Source of the DNA: Microcoleus sp.
GTDB lineage: Bacteria; Cyanobacteriota; Cyanobacteriia; Cyanobacteriales; Microcoleaceae
Direction of reading: 5' to 3'
Length of the DNA stretch: 64,000 nt
NCBI GenBank assembly: GCA_042408215.1
Contig: JAYFMW010000006.1
Span: 768,001-832,000 of the forward strand
Below, piece by piece: positions 43,731-55,028 of this stretch. The notes under the pieces were generated by a model. That model had not been told where the DNA came from, did no database searches, and saw only the letters and a list, made by a program, of their open reading frames with translations. Each line of letters opens with the position of its first letter. Within the stretch, counting starts at the first letter, position 1. The translations under genes were made by a program, and so were the position numbers.

Positions 43731-44255
43731 TCATTTATTAGAAAGATCGATCGGGATTTGCACCTCGCTGATTTTAATTGCTTCCGGCGTCATCGGCGAA
43801 TTATAAAAAAAACGGCGTGGCGGCCCGACTATGGCGTATTCGGGATGCTCTTTCAGCCAATCTTCGAGCTTCTGAAGGTTTTTTTCGTAGCTTTCCCAAG
43901 TGTACGCGCCCTGTATACCAATACTGACAACTGTCATGGGGGGAGTATCTGTGACCGTAACAGCCGAGTTAACGCTGCTGGGAGCGATATTTGGTGCGGG
44001 GTACAGAAAAGAAACTTCTACTTGGGGAACATCTATTTGCCCTGGAATGGCTGTGTAGCGCGCTTCTACGGGCGTTGTCATCGCAATTTGGTTGTTGCTG
44101 ATATGTTGAAATAGGGGATTGAAAGCAACCCCAGTTGCTTGTCGCACATCACCTGCGTGGCTGTAGGTGACAGCGCGGTACTGGGGATATTGCTTAACTT
44201 CTATAGTGCCAATCTCTGCGGGTTCAGGGAATCCACTGGGTAAATAAGCTGACAT
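43731..44255 (-). CDS. SOUL-family heme-binding protein
   Basis: IEVKQYP, FNPLFQHI..NQIAMTTPVE, SFLY, FYNSP. Confidence 0.82.
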   Translation of the reverse strand: MSAYLPSGFPEPAEIGTIEVKQYPQYRAVTYSHAGDVRQATGVAFNPLFQHISNNQIAMTTPVEARYTAIPGQIDVPQVEVSFLYPAPNIAPSSVNSAVTVTDTPPMTVVSIGIQGAYTWESYEKNLQKLEDWLKEHPEYAIVGPPRRFFYNSPMTPEAIKISEVQIPIDLSNK

Positions 44256-44562
44256 TGTTTGTGGTTTAGCATCAATAGGACTTACGCAACTGGCACAGGA
44301 TCATCGACTTGTAGGGTGCTCTACTACTTTGATTTTGAACGGATGATCGAGGGTTTGGGGATAGTAGACCACCTTACTAATTGTGACACTTGCGTCCAGG
44401 ACAGTCAATTATACCTTGCAGGTAGCCGATCGGCTAAACACTGCGTTTCATCCCCGGCTTGAAAGTCCGGGGATGAAACGCGAAGTATTATAGTTAATTC
44501 AGAAGCCCGCCAGCTTCACCTTTGAGAAACTGCCACAAATAAGTTCTAACCAAAACAGCACT

Positions 44563-46047
44563 ATGGGAAAACCAACAGGCTTTATCGAATTCTTGCGCGA
44601 ATTGCCCTCCGAACTCTCACCAGTCGAGAGAGTCCACAACTGGGACGAATTTCACCTCCCAATGGACGAGGACAAACTCCGCACCCAAGGCGCGCGCTGC
44701 ATGGACTGCGGCATCCCATTTTGCCACACCGGAAACCTGATTAGTGGCATGGCCAGCGGCTGCCCGATCAACAACTTGATCCCTGAATGGAACGACCTAG
44801 TATATCGCGGACTCTGGAAAGAAGCCCTAGACAGACTCCATAAAACGAACAACTTCCCCGAATTCACCGGCCGCGTCTGTCCCGCACCCTGCGAAGGCGC
44901 TTGCGTGCTCGGCATCAACAACCCGCCGGTGACAATCAAAAACATCGAAGCCTCAATTATCGACAAAGGCTGGGATGAAGGGTGGATTACCGCCGAACCA
45001 CCGGCTAAACGCACCGGCAAAAACATCGCCATCATCGGTTCCGGGCCCGCCGGTTTGTCCGCCGCCGCCCAACTCAACAAAGCCGGTCATTGGGTAACAG
45101 TGTTTGAAAGAGCCGATCGCCCCGGCGGCCTGCTAATGTATGGCATCCCCAACATGAAGCTAGACAAAGAACAAGTCGTCATGCGTCGCCTGAAAGTTCT
45201 CGAAGACGAAGGCGTAAAATTCATCTGCAACACCGAAGTCGGCAAAGACTTACCAGTAGAACAATTGCTGAAAGAATTCGACTCCGTTGTGCTCTGTACC
45301 GGCGCCACCAAACCCCGCGACTTAGGCATTCCCGGCCGCGAATTAAAAGGCATCCACTTCGCTATGGACTTCCTCACGGCCAACACCAAAGCAGTTTTAG
45401 ACAAGAGCACCAACGATAACTTCATCTGGGCCGCCGGCAAAGATGTGGTGATTATCGGCGGTGGCGACACAGGAACCGACTGCGTGGGCACCTCCATACG
45501 CCACGGCTGCAACAGCCTTGTACAGCTTGAAATCCTGCCCAAACCGCCCTCGGAACGCGCGGCCAACAATCCCTGGCCCGAATGGCCAAAAGTCTACCGT
45601 CTCGACTACGGCCAAGAAGAAGCCGCGGCCAAATTCGGCGATGATCCCCGTGGCTATCTCACCACCTCTACCAAGTTCGAGGGCGACGAAAACGGCAATG
45701 TCAAAGCAGTACATACTGTTGAGGTGGAGTGGGAGAAAAACGAAAAAGGACAGTTCATTCCCAAACACATCCCCGGCACCGAAAAAGTGTTGCCGGCACA
45801 GCTTGTCTTGCTAGCGATGGGCTTCCTCGGCCCAGAACAGCCCTTGCTGGATGCTATGGGATTGGAACGTGACGCCCGCAGCAATGTGAAAGCGGATCAT
45901 GAAAAATATACAACTAGCATTCCGGGAGTTTTCGCCGCTGGTGACTGTCGCCGGGGTCAGAGTTTGGTGGTTTGGGCAATTAATGAAGGGCGTGGCGTCG
46001 CCCGCGAGTGCGATCTTTATCTGATGGGGAGCACGGATTTGCCTTAG
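44563..46047 (+). CDS. gltD: Glutamate synthase small (beta) subunit
   Basis: [49 protein letters not shown]. Confidence 0.95.
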   Translation: MGKPTGFIEFLRELPSELSPVERVHNWDEFHLPMDEDKLRTQGARCMDCGIPFCHTGNLISGMASGCPINNLIPEWNDLVYRGLWKEALDRLHKTNNFPEFTGRVCPAPCEGACVLGINNPPVTIKNIEASIIDKGWDEGWITAEPPAKRTGKNIAIIGSGPAGLSAAAQLNKAGHWVTVFERADRPGGLLMYGIPNMKLDKEQVVMRRLKVLEDEGVKFICNTEVGKDLPVEQLLKEFDSVVLCTGATKPRDLGIPGRELKGIHFAMDFLTANTKAVLDKSTNDNFIWAAGKDVVIIGGGDTGTDCVGTSIRHGCNSLVQLEILPKPPSERAANNPWPEWPKVYRLDYGQEEAAAKFGDDPRGYLTTSTKFEGDENGNVKAVHTVEVEWEKNEKGQFIPKHIPGTEKVLPAQLVLLAMGFLGPEQPLLDAMGLERDARSNVKADHEKYTTSIPGVFAAGDCRRGQSLVVWAINEGRGVARECDLYLMGSTDLP

Positions 46048-46705
46048 TTTGTAGGTGTGGGTCGATCGAGATTGTTTGATTTCCGATGATTTGTGGGCTG
46101 GTAGGGGCGGGTTCGCCAAGATTTTGATTGAAAAACCCCAAATCTGGTAAACCTGCCCCCAACTTACGCAATAACCGAAATCCTGAGCAATTGGGATGGA
46201 ATTGGGTCGATCGACCGTAATATTTGGGTGGGGTAGGGCGGGTTTAGATAATTTGTCGCTGGGTGTCAGATATTTTGGCGAACCCGCCCCTACAGTTTAT
46301 AACTTTGATAAATTGTTCAGGTTGCCCGCAACAAATCTACTATACAGATTTCTATTCGATCGCCATTAAGCGAATTGACTTTGAAATGCGGCTAGCATCG
46401 GAATTATTCATCTCTCTATTCTCTTCCTCTGCGTTCTCTGCGTTCTCTGCGGTTAAATCATATCAATTCCGGTTGCAGTCAGACATGATAGAGGAAACGG
46501 CAATGCCGTTTCCCTACCCCAAAATAATATTGTAGGGAAACGACTGTCTTGTCCCTGGCTGTGGGTAATATTAATTCCGATGCAACCGGAATTGATATAA
46601 CGGAGGACACGGAAATGCCGTTTCCCTACCCCCAAATAATCCTAGGGGCGGTGCCAAGAGTGCCCGCCCTCTGTACAGTGCCCGATCGCACTTTTCCATC
46701 CCCAA

Positions 46706-49327
46706 TCAACCAAAATTCAACGGATCGACATCAATAGTTAAACTAACAGAACGTGGCGTGCGTGAAGCGAAGCTATCCCGAAGGGAATCGCGCAATCCGA
46801 TCAAATCCGACAAATCCACCGACTCATCCAAAGGCAACTTCAGCAAAATCTGCCACCGATACCGATTTGCAACCCGCATAATCGCCGCCGGTGCCGGCCC
46901 CAACAACTCACACCCCGGTACAGACAATCGCTGAATATACTCCTGACAAACAGAGGCCAATTGTACCGCCGTCACCGCAACTTCCGCCGCATCTAAACTG
47001 CTTAAGCGCAACAAAATCAGCCGCGCAGAAGGAGGATAATTCAGCGCCGCTCTTTCTGCTAATTCTGTTTCCACAAAACCTGCATATTCGTGCCGCCTAA
47101 CTGCTTGAATTACCCGATGTTCGGGAGTGTAAGTTTGCATAATTACCCGCCCCGGATCGTCGCCTCTACCGGCACGCCCCGCCACTTGAGTTAAAGTTTG
47201 AAATGCTCTTTCGCTGGCCCGATAATCGGATAAATTTAGCAACCCATCAGCAGAGACAACTCCTACCAATGTGACTCCAGCTAAATCTAACCCTTTAGTC
47301 AGCATTTGTGTTCCCAACAAAATGTCAGCTTCCCCCTCCGCAAATTGCGTTAACAATCTGCGATGATCGCCCTTATTTCTAGTCGTATCGCTGTCAAACC
47401 GAATGGCCCGCAATTCAGGAAATAATCTCGTTAATTCCTCTTCGACTCGCTGAGTGCCACTCCCAAAGTTTTTGAAGTAAGGAGAACTGCATTCTGGACA
47501 ATTTTGAGGGTGTCTTTCCGTGTGGTTGCAGTAGTGACAGCGCAACATTTCTGCTGTGCCTTCGCCGACGTGGTGATAAGAAAGCGAAACATCGCAGTTC
47601 GGGCATTCCATCACATAGCCACAACTCCGACAAGAGACAAAGGTACTGTGTCCTCTTCTGTGAATAAATAGGATACCTTGCTGTTTTCTTGCTTGCAATT
47701 GTTCGAGAGCATTTTGCAGGGGTACGCTAAAAATTGAGCGGTTTCCTTGCCGCAATTCTTGGCGCATATCGACTATTTGAATCGGCGGCATCGGGCGCGA
47801 ATAAATGCGTTCTGGCAATGACAAGTAATGGATAGTTGGTAAGGAGTAATTATTGATTTTAGTTTCTACAAAAGTCTCTAAAGCTGGGGTAGCGGAACCT
47901 AAAATTAGGGGACAATTTTCTAATTCGGCGCGCCATTTGGCAACGGTGCGGGCGTGGTAGCAAGGGGCTGGTTGTTCTTGTTTGAAGCTGGTGTCGTGTT
48001 CTTCATCTAAGATAATTAAGCCAAGGTGAGGTAAAGGTGCAAAAATGGCCGATCGCGTGCCGATGACAATTTGCGGGGTTCCAGTGAGCATCTGACGCCA
48101 TGTATCGTAACGTTCGCCGTCGGATAGGGCACTGTGATATACGCAAATTTGCTCGCCAAAACGGGCGCGGAATCTGTCTGTAAGTTGGGGTGTCAGGCCG
48201 ATTTCGGGGACCAGTACGAGGGCGGATTTGCCACTTGCTAAGATTGGGGCGATCGCCTGTAAGTACACTTCGGTTTTCCCGGAACCTGTAACACCGTGCA
48301 ACAGCACTTGACGAAAACCAGAAAAACTGTTAATGAATCCTAAAGCTGACCGCTGAAAATGAGTTAAAGTTTTGGGTGAATCTGGAAGTTGGGCAATTCC
48401 GCGATCGCCCCTGAGCACTTCCCTTTGGTCAATTACAACACTACCTTTTTGTTCCAAAGCTTTGACAACAGAGGAACTCGCACTGCAAATTTTTAGCAAA
48501 TCGTTCAGCCACATTTCACCGCCGCCGCGCCGCAAAACTTCCAAGACTTCTTGTTGACGCTGGGTTAAATCTGTGACAAAAGCACTAACAATTAATGTGA
48601 CGGCCGGCTTCAGTTTTGGTTTGGGAGGATTGGGAGGTTCTAAATAACTTTCTACCCAACCCCGTTTTAGTAAATCTCGCAATCCCCTGTAAGCACCCTT
48701 AACTTGCCGCTGGAGGTATTGCCAAGTATAATCGCCGTTTTTTTGAGATTGCAATAATTGTAAAATTTGACTGGCTGCGGGATTGAGAAATACTTCGGCA
48801 TTCGGAGAAAGAGCATCCTTAATTAACCGGATTCGGCGCACGGAACGGCTTAACAAACCCGGTGGTAGCGAGGCTCTAATTACTTGAATTAAAGGAGTAC
48901 AATAATAGCTAGAAGTGCGATCGAGCAATTCCCAGTAAGTAGGGGCAAAAAATCCCCGACTCACAACATCTTCGACATCTTTAACCCGCGCGGGTTCTAA
49001 GTCTGGCGGCAGTTGAGAAACAAAACGAATGGCGATCGCCCCCACCTGTTGACTGCCAAATGGTACACTCAGAATATCTCCAGGTTGCACCGTCAGTTGG
49101 GCCGGCAACCGATAGGTAAATAACTTGTTTTCCTCCCCTGGGGAGTCCCCCGCACCCCTGAAAGGAGAGTCAACCAAAACTTCGATCCACTGTGCCCGCA
49201 CCGTGGGGCGACTGGGCGGTCGATCGCTGCCATAAGATGCCCCAGGCTCAGCAGCGGAGGGCGTTGATAAAGCAAAAGTGACAGTAGACATAGGGTAACA
49301 CACCAAACTAGAAAGAGCCGCGGTCAT
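46706..49327 (-). CDS. priA: Primosomal protein N'
   Basis: GVTGSGKT, DEEH, GSATP, four CxxC pairs, QVAGRAGR, IDVDP. True start may be MSTVTF at 49291. Confidence 0.95.
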   Translation of the reverse strand: MTAALSSLVCYPMSTVTFALSTPSAAEPGASYGSDRPPSRPTVRAQWIEVLVDSPFRGAGDSPGEENKLFTYRLPAQLTVQPGDILSVPFGSQQVGAIAIRFVSQLPPDLEPARVKDVEDVVSRGFFAPTYWELLDRTSSYYCTPLIQVIRASLPPGLLSRSVRRIRLIKDALSPNAEVFLNPAASQILQLLQSQKNGDYTWQYLQRQVKGAYRGLRDLLKRGWVESYLEPPNPPKPKLKPAVTLIVSAFVTDLTQRQQEVLEVLRRGGGEMWLNDLLKICSASSSVVKALEQKGSVVIDQREVLRGDRGIAQLPDSPKTLTHFQRSALGFINSFSGFRQVLLHGVTGSGKTEVYLQAIAPILASGKSALVLVPEIGLTPQLTDRFRARFGEQICVYHSALSDGERYDTWRQMLTGTPQIVIGTRSAIFAPLPHLGLIILDEEHDTSFKQEQPAPCYHARTVAKWRAELENCPLILGSATPALETFVETKINNYSLPTIHYLSLPERIYSRPMPPIQIVDMRQELRQGNRSIFSVPLQNALEQLQARKQQGILFIHRRGHSTFVSCRSCGYVMECPNCDVSLSYHHVGEGTAEMLRCHYCNHTERHPQNCPECSSPYFKNFGSGTQRVEEELTRLFPELRAIRFDSDTTRNKGDHRRLLTQFAEGEADILLGTQMLTKGLDLAGVTLVGVVSADGLLNLSDYRASERAFQTLTQVAGRAGRGDDPGRVIMQTYTPEHRVIQAVRRHEYAGFVETELAERAALNYPPSARLILLRLSSLDAAEVAVTAVQLASVCQEYIQRLSVPGCELLGPAPAAIMRVANRYRWQILLKLPLDESVDLSDLIGLRDSLRDSFASRTPRSVSLTIDVDPLNFG

Positions 49328-49601
49328 GCTATTTTAGATTTGAGATTTGAGATTTTAGATGACCCCCGTCAGTCAGCCTGCTTTCGGAATCAATCCGGGG
49401 GCCCCAGACCAAATAGCTTTCGGTCAAAGAGAGTTTTCATTATCGCTCAATTTCTCAAAATTAAACATAAAATACTTGGCTGTTTTATCCCCGACTTCTT
49501 AAATAAGTTGGGCATTTTTCCTGAGCTTATTTGTGCGTAATTTCTCTTCATATTAACTATTAGATTTAGCGAATAAGGAACCACCAATTCCCAATTCCCT
49601 A

Positions 49602-49745
49602 GGGCGTGTTTTCAAACCCGGAGATCCCCCCTAGCCCCCCTTAATAAGGGGGGGACAAGAACACTCAAAGTCACCCCCTACTCCCCTTTTTAAGGGGGAT
49701 TTAGGGGGATCGCCGGATTTGATTGGAAAGTTTGAAAACACGCCC
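49602..49745. mobile_element. 144-bp MITE-like element
   Basis: 16-bp perfect TIRs GGGCGTGTTTTCAAAC / GTTTGAAAACACGCCC enclosing CCCCC-TT.AA-GGGGG palindromes. Confidence 0.7.
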
Positions 49746-49915
49746 AATGCCCAATGCCCCATGCCCCATGCCCTAGGCCCCATGCCCTAGGCCCATGAGC
49801 ACTTAATTTACCAGAGAAAAGCTACATAACCTGTTTGTGTCGATCGCACTTACACAGCAGCGCCATTTTGTGCTAAGAACTAATACTTGAGCAATTTACA
49901 GTTGGAGAGTATTGG

Positions 49916-50860
49916 ATGTCAGGTAGCGAAGTTCGTGCAGATTTTTGGATGAGCGAGTACATCACCCCTTGGGATATCTACGTTCACGGCATCATCAGCG
50001 TGCTTGCTTACAAGAAAACAGCCTTTCAAGAAATGTACGTGGTTGAAACCGGTACCTACGGCAAAGGCTTAGTATTGGATGGGAAATGGCAATCTTGCAC
50101 AGGCGACGAGTTTCTGTACCACGAACCCCTGGTTCACCCAGCCATGACTATGCACGGTTCACCCAAAAAAGTCCTCGTTCTCGGTGGCGGTGAAGGAGCG
50201 ACAATTAGAGAAGTGCTTCGGTGGAAAACAGTCGAAAAAGTAGTGATGGTTGATATCGACGGCGAAGTAGTAGATGCTTGTCGCGAACACCTACCAGAAA
50301 TGCACCAAAATGCCTTTGACGACCCTCGTTGCGAAGTAGTAATCGGCGATGCTTTAGACTATTTAGATAACAGTGACAACGACTGGGATGTTGTCATTTC
50401 CGACTTGTCAGACCCCATTGAAGAAGGCCCTTCTTTCCAGTTGTTTACAAAAGAGTATTTTGAGAAAGTGCGCCGCGTGATGTCGCCTACGGGATATTTT
50501 GTGGTGCAAGCGGGGCCTGTTTCTCCAGCAGAAATGAAAATGCACGCCCGGATTGTCAATACGCTGAAGTCGGTTTTCCCCAACGTTCAATCTTGCACCA
50601 GCTTTATTTCTACCTACGGAGCTCCTTGGGGTTTTGCTGTAGCTTCAACTCAGGAAATCAACACCCGTCCCGAACCAGAAGTTACGGACAAATTACTCGC
50701 CGATCAAACCATCGGTGGGTTCCGAATGTTCGACGGAATTACCCTGTTGGGATTGATGCAGGTTGCCGGCCACTTGCGAAAAGTAATCGCCGCTGAAACC
50801 GAAGTTTACACTATGGCAGAACCTCCTAAATTTTTCGGGAAAGGCTCTGTTGGTCAGTGA
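49916..50860 (+). CDS. speE: Spermidine synthase / polyamine aminopropyltransferase
   Basis: LVLDGKWQS, YHEPLVHP, VLGGGEG, DID, DLSDP. Confidence 0.92.
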   Translation: MSGSEVRADFWMSEYITPWDIYVHGIISVLAYKKTAFQEMYVVETGTYGKGLVLDGKWQSCTGDEFLYHEPLVHPAMTMHGSPKKVLVLGGGEGATIREVLRWKTVEKVVMVDIDGEVVDACREHLPEMHQNAFDDPRCEVVIGDALDYLDNSDNDWDVVISDLSDPIEEGPSFQLFTKEYFEKVRRVMSPTGYFVVQAGPVSPAEMKMHARIVNTLKSVFPNVQSCTSFISTYGAPWGFAVASTQEINTRPEPEVTDKLLADQTIGGFRMFDGITLLGLMQVAGHLRKVIAAETEVYTMAEPPKFFGKGSVGQ

Positions 50861-50899
50861 AGTTAAACGGAAAGAGAAAAGTCGTTTGGAGTAACTCAG

Positions 50900-51070
50900 A
50901 TGGGTAATTTAATTCGCATAGTAGCTGCCATTTTTCTTCCCCCACTGGGCGTATTTTTGACCGTTGGGATTGGCACTGATTTTTGGATTAACCTGGTTCT
51001 CACCTTTTTGGGCTTTATTCCCGGCATTGTCCACGCCATTTGGGTGATTGCCAAGCACGATCGAGGTTAA
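50900..51070 (+). CDS. YqaE/Pmp3-family membrane proteolipid
   Basis: Manual translation MGNLIRIVAAIFLPPLGVFL...FWINLVLTFLGFIPGIVHAIWVI (56 aa); absent from the ORF track. Confidence 0.92.
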   Translation: MGNLIRIVAAIFLPPLGVFLTVGIGTDFWINLVLTFLGFIPGIVHAIWVIAKHDRG

Positions 51071-51165
51071 GTTATTTTTGTAAGGTGCGTCGCTGTGAAA
51101 TTTTCGAGTTTATTTGGAGATTGTTGATAGCGACGCACCCTACGATATCTACAAGGTTTTATTGA

Positions 51166-52452
51166 TTATTGCAAATCAAGTTCTTCACAAACCAGTTGAG
51201 CAATTTTTTTCGCCGCCCCAGATTCTCCCCGAACTGCACGCAAACGATCGCCCATTTGTGCTAATTTTTCAGGATGGCTCAAATAGTCGATCGCCAACCC
51301 GGCCACCACTTCCGGTTCCAGCTTCCCAACCAACTCTGGGACAATCTCTGCTTGCGCCCAAATATTCGGCCAAGCATACAGTTTTCGCTTCCCCACTCGC
51401 CAGATTAACCAATTAATCACCGTCGCAAAAACAGAACCAACAAACGGTAAATTTGCCAGCAATCCCGGCAAGCCATCCCAAGCTTTCATCGCATCCAATT
51501 GCTGCGTCGGTAGCAACACAATCATCGGTACAGCTAAAGCACCCAATTCCGCAGTATTCGCTCCCACAGTAGTCAAACACAGACTACATTCTGACAGCAG
51601 ATCGTAGGCTGGTGTCTCAGTCCAAAGTTCTATTTGTAAGCCATTTCCTGTCTGCAAAAATGGCGATTCTGTTAAATGTAGTTCGGCGGCGGAATTGGCA
51701 AATAAATGCAGACAAGGATTTTGTTCTGGGTCTGCAAAACGTGCTAAGGTTTGTAGATCTATGGTAGGTGCAACGGGAATTACAAAGCGAGTTTCTGGGC
51801 GGATGCGATGGATGGATTGGGCGATCGACAAACATAACGGCACGCCTAAAGCTAGTTTCGCAGGTTTGGAGCCTGGTAACAATCCAATTAGTTCCATTTC
51901 CCGTAGGGGCGGTGCCCCCGTGCCCGCCCTGTCCAATTTATCCGTGCCCGCCCTGTCCAATTTCCGATCGCCTACTTCCGCAATTAAGTCTCCGACAACT
52001 GTAAATTTATTAGCATATTTGGGGGGAATTTTATCAAATTTTTCCGGTTTCATGGTGGCAAATTTGTCAATCCAGCGATACCACCGCGCGTCCCATTCCG
52101 CATAAATAACAGTGCGATATTTCAGCCTTTTACCAATAACAACTGTAAAAAATTGGTCGCCGCCTAAAAATAAAACAACTCCTTTTTCATGCCAATCCCA
52201 ATTTTCAACAGTTTTGCTAGATAATAGGAATGGCAAAAAATGCTCTGGTGCTTGCACTCGGTCAACTTCTGGGTAGGAACTGGCGATTTGTGCTTCTTTC
52301 CCGGTGGCGTGGGGACAGGGGGACAGGATAACTGAAATGCGGACTTGAGTGCGATCGCATCCTAAATGTTCTCGCAAAGCTTGGACAACAGGACGTACCC
52401 AGGTTGCTAATTCTCCGGGCCCGTTAGAGAGGACTAAGATATCTACTGTCAT
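51166..52452 (-). CDS. Lipid-A-disaccharide synthase (LpxB)-related protein
   Basis: LSNGPGE, FLGGDQ, GLLPGSK, TTVGANTAEL, WPN...IVPEL. Confidence 0.82.
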   Translation of the reverse strand: MTVDILVLSNGPGELATWVRPVVQALREHLGCDRTQVRISVILSPCPHATGKEAQIASSYPEVDRVQAPEHFLPFLLSSKTVENWDWHEKGVVLFLGGDQFFTVVIGKRLKYRTVIYAEWDARWYRWIDKFATMKPEKFDKIPPKYANKFTVVGDLIAEVGDRKLDRAGTDKLDRAGTGAPPLREMELIGLLPGSKPAKLALGVPLCLSIAQSIHRIRPETRFVIPVAPTIDLQTLARFADPEQNPCLHLFANSAAELHLTESPFLQTGNGLQIELWTETPAYDLLSECSLCLTTVGANTAELGALAVPMIVLLPTQQLDAMKAWDGLPGLLANLPFVGSVFATVINWLIWRVGKRKLYAWPNIWAQAEIVPELVGKLEPEVVAGLAIDYLSHPEKLAQMGDRLRAVRGESGAAKKIAQLVCEELDLQ

Positions 52453-52488
52453 GGGATTTAAGATTTTAGAGGATACAAAGGAGAAGTT

Positions 52489-52965
52489 ATGACAGATTTA
52501 ATTAATGCGGCCAAGACTGGTGATGTTTCTACTGTAGAAGCTTCGATCGAACAATGTGCAGATGTCAATGCTAAAGATGAGGAAGGTGCGACGGCTTTGA
52601 CGGCTGCGGCTGAGGCTGGCCATTTTGACATCGCCAAAAAATTGCTCGCTGCTGGTGCGGATGTCAACAGTCACGACAATGACGGCTGGACAGCGTTAAT
52701 GAGTGCCGCTGCTGCGGGACATACAGAGATTGTACAAGTTTTGCTCTCAGCGGGAGCGGATGTGAATGCTAGAACTAATTTTGGTTTGACGGCTTTGATG
52801 AGTGCGGCTGGTAGTGGACGTACTCAAGTTGTGGAGGTTTTGATCGAGAAAGGAGCTGATATTAAAGCTAAGGATAATAATACTTGGACTGCGTTAATTT
52901 GGGCATCTTCTGAGGGGCATAAAGATGCCGTTGAGGTGTTGAAGCTAGCGCGCGATCGAGCTTAA
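52489..52965 (+). CDS. Ankyrin repeat protein
   Basis: Four G.TAL..AA..G repeats. Confidence 0.93.
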   Translation: MTDLINAAKTGDVSTVEASIEQCADVNAKDEEGATALTAAAEAGHFDIAKKLLAAGADVNSHDNDGWTALMSAAAAGHTEIVQVLLSAGADVNARTNFGLTALMSAAGSGRTQVVEVLIEKGADIKAKDNNTWTALIWASSEGHKDAVEVLKLARDRA

Positions 52966-53373
52966 TTATCCGTTGCGATCGGGCATCGTAAGGTGCACAC
53001 TGCGTACCCTACTCAGGAATAACTAATGACCGACAGCAGGAATTATAGCCTAGTAAAATGTAGCCAATGATCGTCTATAATTAGATCGTAAAGCTAACTG
53101 ACTATAACTTTCAAACGTCGATTCACCTGATTAGGAATCACAAAGTAGGTTGGAAATCGCTTCATTGTTCAACGAATCCTATTACAGATGTGGGCGACAA
53201 CTTTACTTGAGATGCACCTTTTTTCCTGCCTAAAATGACGGCATTTTTGTTAGCTAAACAGGCGGGAATCCCCAGATACATTTTTTGAGTAGCGCGATCG
53301 CCCACAAAAACTCAAAAGTCATTAATCATCAGTATGAGCTAATGACCAATGACCAATGACTAATGACCAATGA

Positions 53374-54358
53374 CTAACCAATCATGAAAGTACCATTACC
53401 ATTAGATTCTAGGAAGGTCAAATTCAAACTTGCTCCTCCTTCAATCACGCCGAGCACATCTCCAAAACGCTGGATTGACAAATCGTTTCCAACGGGATTC
53501 AGGCTGTAGCCGTCGCTTAAAGAATTTCCTTGCAGTTGGATCAAATCCTTTTCTATGTCGAAGTTGCGAATAGTAGCTTGACCGTTACCCAAATAGAGCG
53601 GTGTCGGGGCTGGATTCCCGGCTGTAGGCGGAACTCCGAGTACGAATCTATCAACTCCCGGGCTGCCAATCAGGACATCGAAATCATTGGTTCCAAAGCT
53701 TTCATACTGCCGATTTCCTGTGGGAGCGATACCTACTTCCACTCCAATCTCTTCGACATTCCCTACACCAACACCAGTGATGATGTCGTTGCTCGGACTC
53801 CCAACAAAAGTAGCGTCGCGGTCCGGCTCAAATTGCCCAAAACTGAAGAAGTGATCCCGACCGGTTTTCAAGGCTCCAGAGTTGACATACGGCACAATGT
53901 CGGGGTTTTTCTGTATGTATTCCGGTTCTAAAAATGAAGTCCCAAAACGACCTTCTTTTGCCCCGAATTGAACGAAATGCTGGTAGCCTGATTTGAAAGC
54001 TGCATTGGGGCCTATAAACGATCAGCAGATCTGAGTTATTTCGTAAATAAAAATCTTCGTTGAACTCAGGCGATACTTTGTTGCGGCCTTCATCGTAACC
54101 GAACTGGATAAAGTGGTCTAGTCCTGAAGCAAAAGACCCGTTTGGGTTGACTGTGCGGACGAAGGGTGCGAGGTCTGGGTTGTTGGCCAGGTAAGTATCT
54201 TCGTCAAAATAACGCGATACTTTAGTTAGACCGGCTTCTCGACCAAATTTTTTAAAGTGTTCTTTTCCAGATTTGATGATTCCTGCATCAATGGCTGGTT
54301 TGACCCAAGGATATTGCGAAAGGTAGTATTGTTCGTCAAAAAATGTGTAGTTAGCCAT
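53374..54358 (-). pseudogene. Frameshifted paralog of 55029-56018 (putative surface/calcium-binding repeat protein)
   Basis: One extra base near 54022 (CTGCTGATCG versus CTGCAATCG in the paralog) splits the ORF. Confidence 0.82.
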
Positions 54359-55028
54359 GTTTTCCTCCTAAGATTTTGATGAGTTTGAACGGGAAGACAA
54401 ATTAGCTTTCCATTCACTAGATCTATCGGGAACTTACACAATATAGAGGTTATAACTGGTTTTAAATTCCCGGTAAAATATAAATTATTGTGACACAGCA
54501 ATTATCCGAAGGCTACATTATGACTTCAGAATTTAAGCCTTTCTTCGGTCAGTTAATTGCTCGATCGCCACTTGTATTGGTTCTACAAAAATTGGCAGTT
54601 TTTTCAGGATTTTTTTCAGGATTTTTTTCAGGATTTTTTGCTCAAAGGTTGGTTGATTTTTGATTATTGTTATTTTATACATTACCTTGATATATAGATT
54701 CAGGAATATGTCAAGTAAAATTTTATGAATAAATTTTGGAGTATTTGCTAAAGTAATTTGTAAAAAAATGTAACTAAAAGTAGCAATAAATTTGTCGCTC
54801 TGAGGCGGCTCAAGATGCTGTTGAGGTGCTGAAGGTAGCGCGCGATCGCTAACTCGATAGGGCGGGCACGGAAGAGCATTCAAAGTCACCCTTTTGAATG
54901 GGGATTTAGGGGGATAGATTTGGCGAGTGGCCGGAATAGGAAAGTGCGATCGAAAAAAAGTCATCTATCATCAGCATTAGCTAATACTGATGACTAATGA
55001 CCAATGACTAATGACTAATGACCAATGA

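Noticed and set aside
44563..46047. gltD without an adjacent gltB as a novelty
   Set aside because: Separation of the two subunit genes is known in cyanobacteria, and gltB may lie outside the window.
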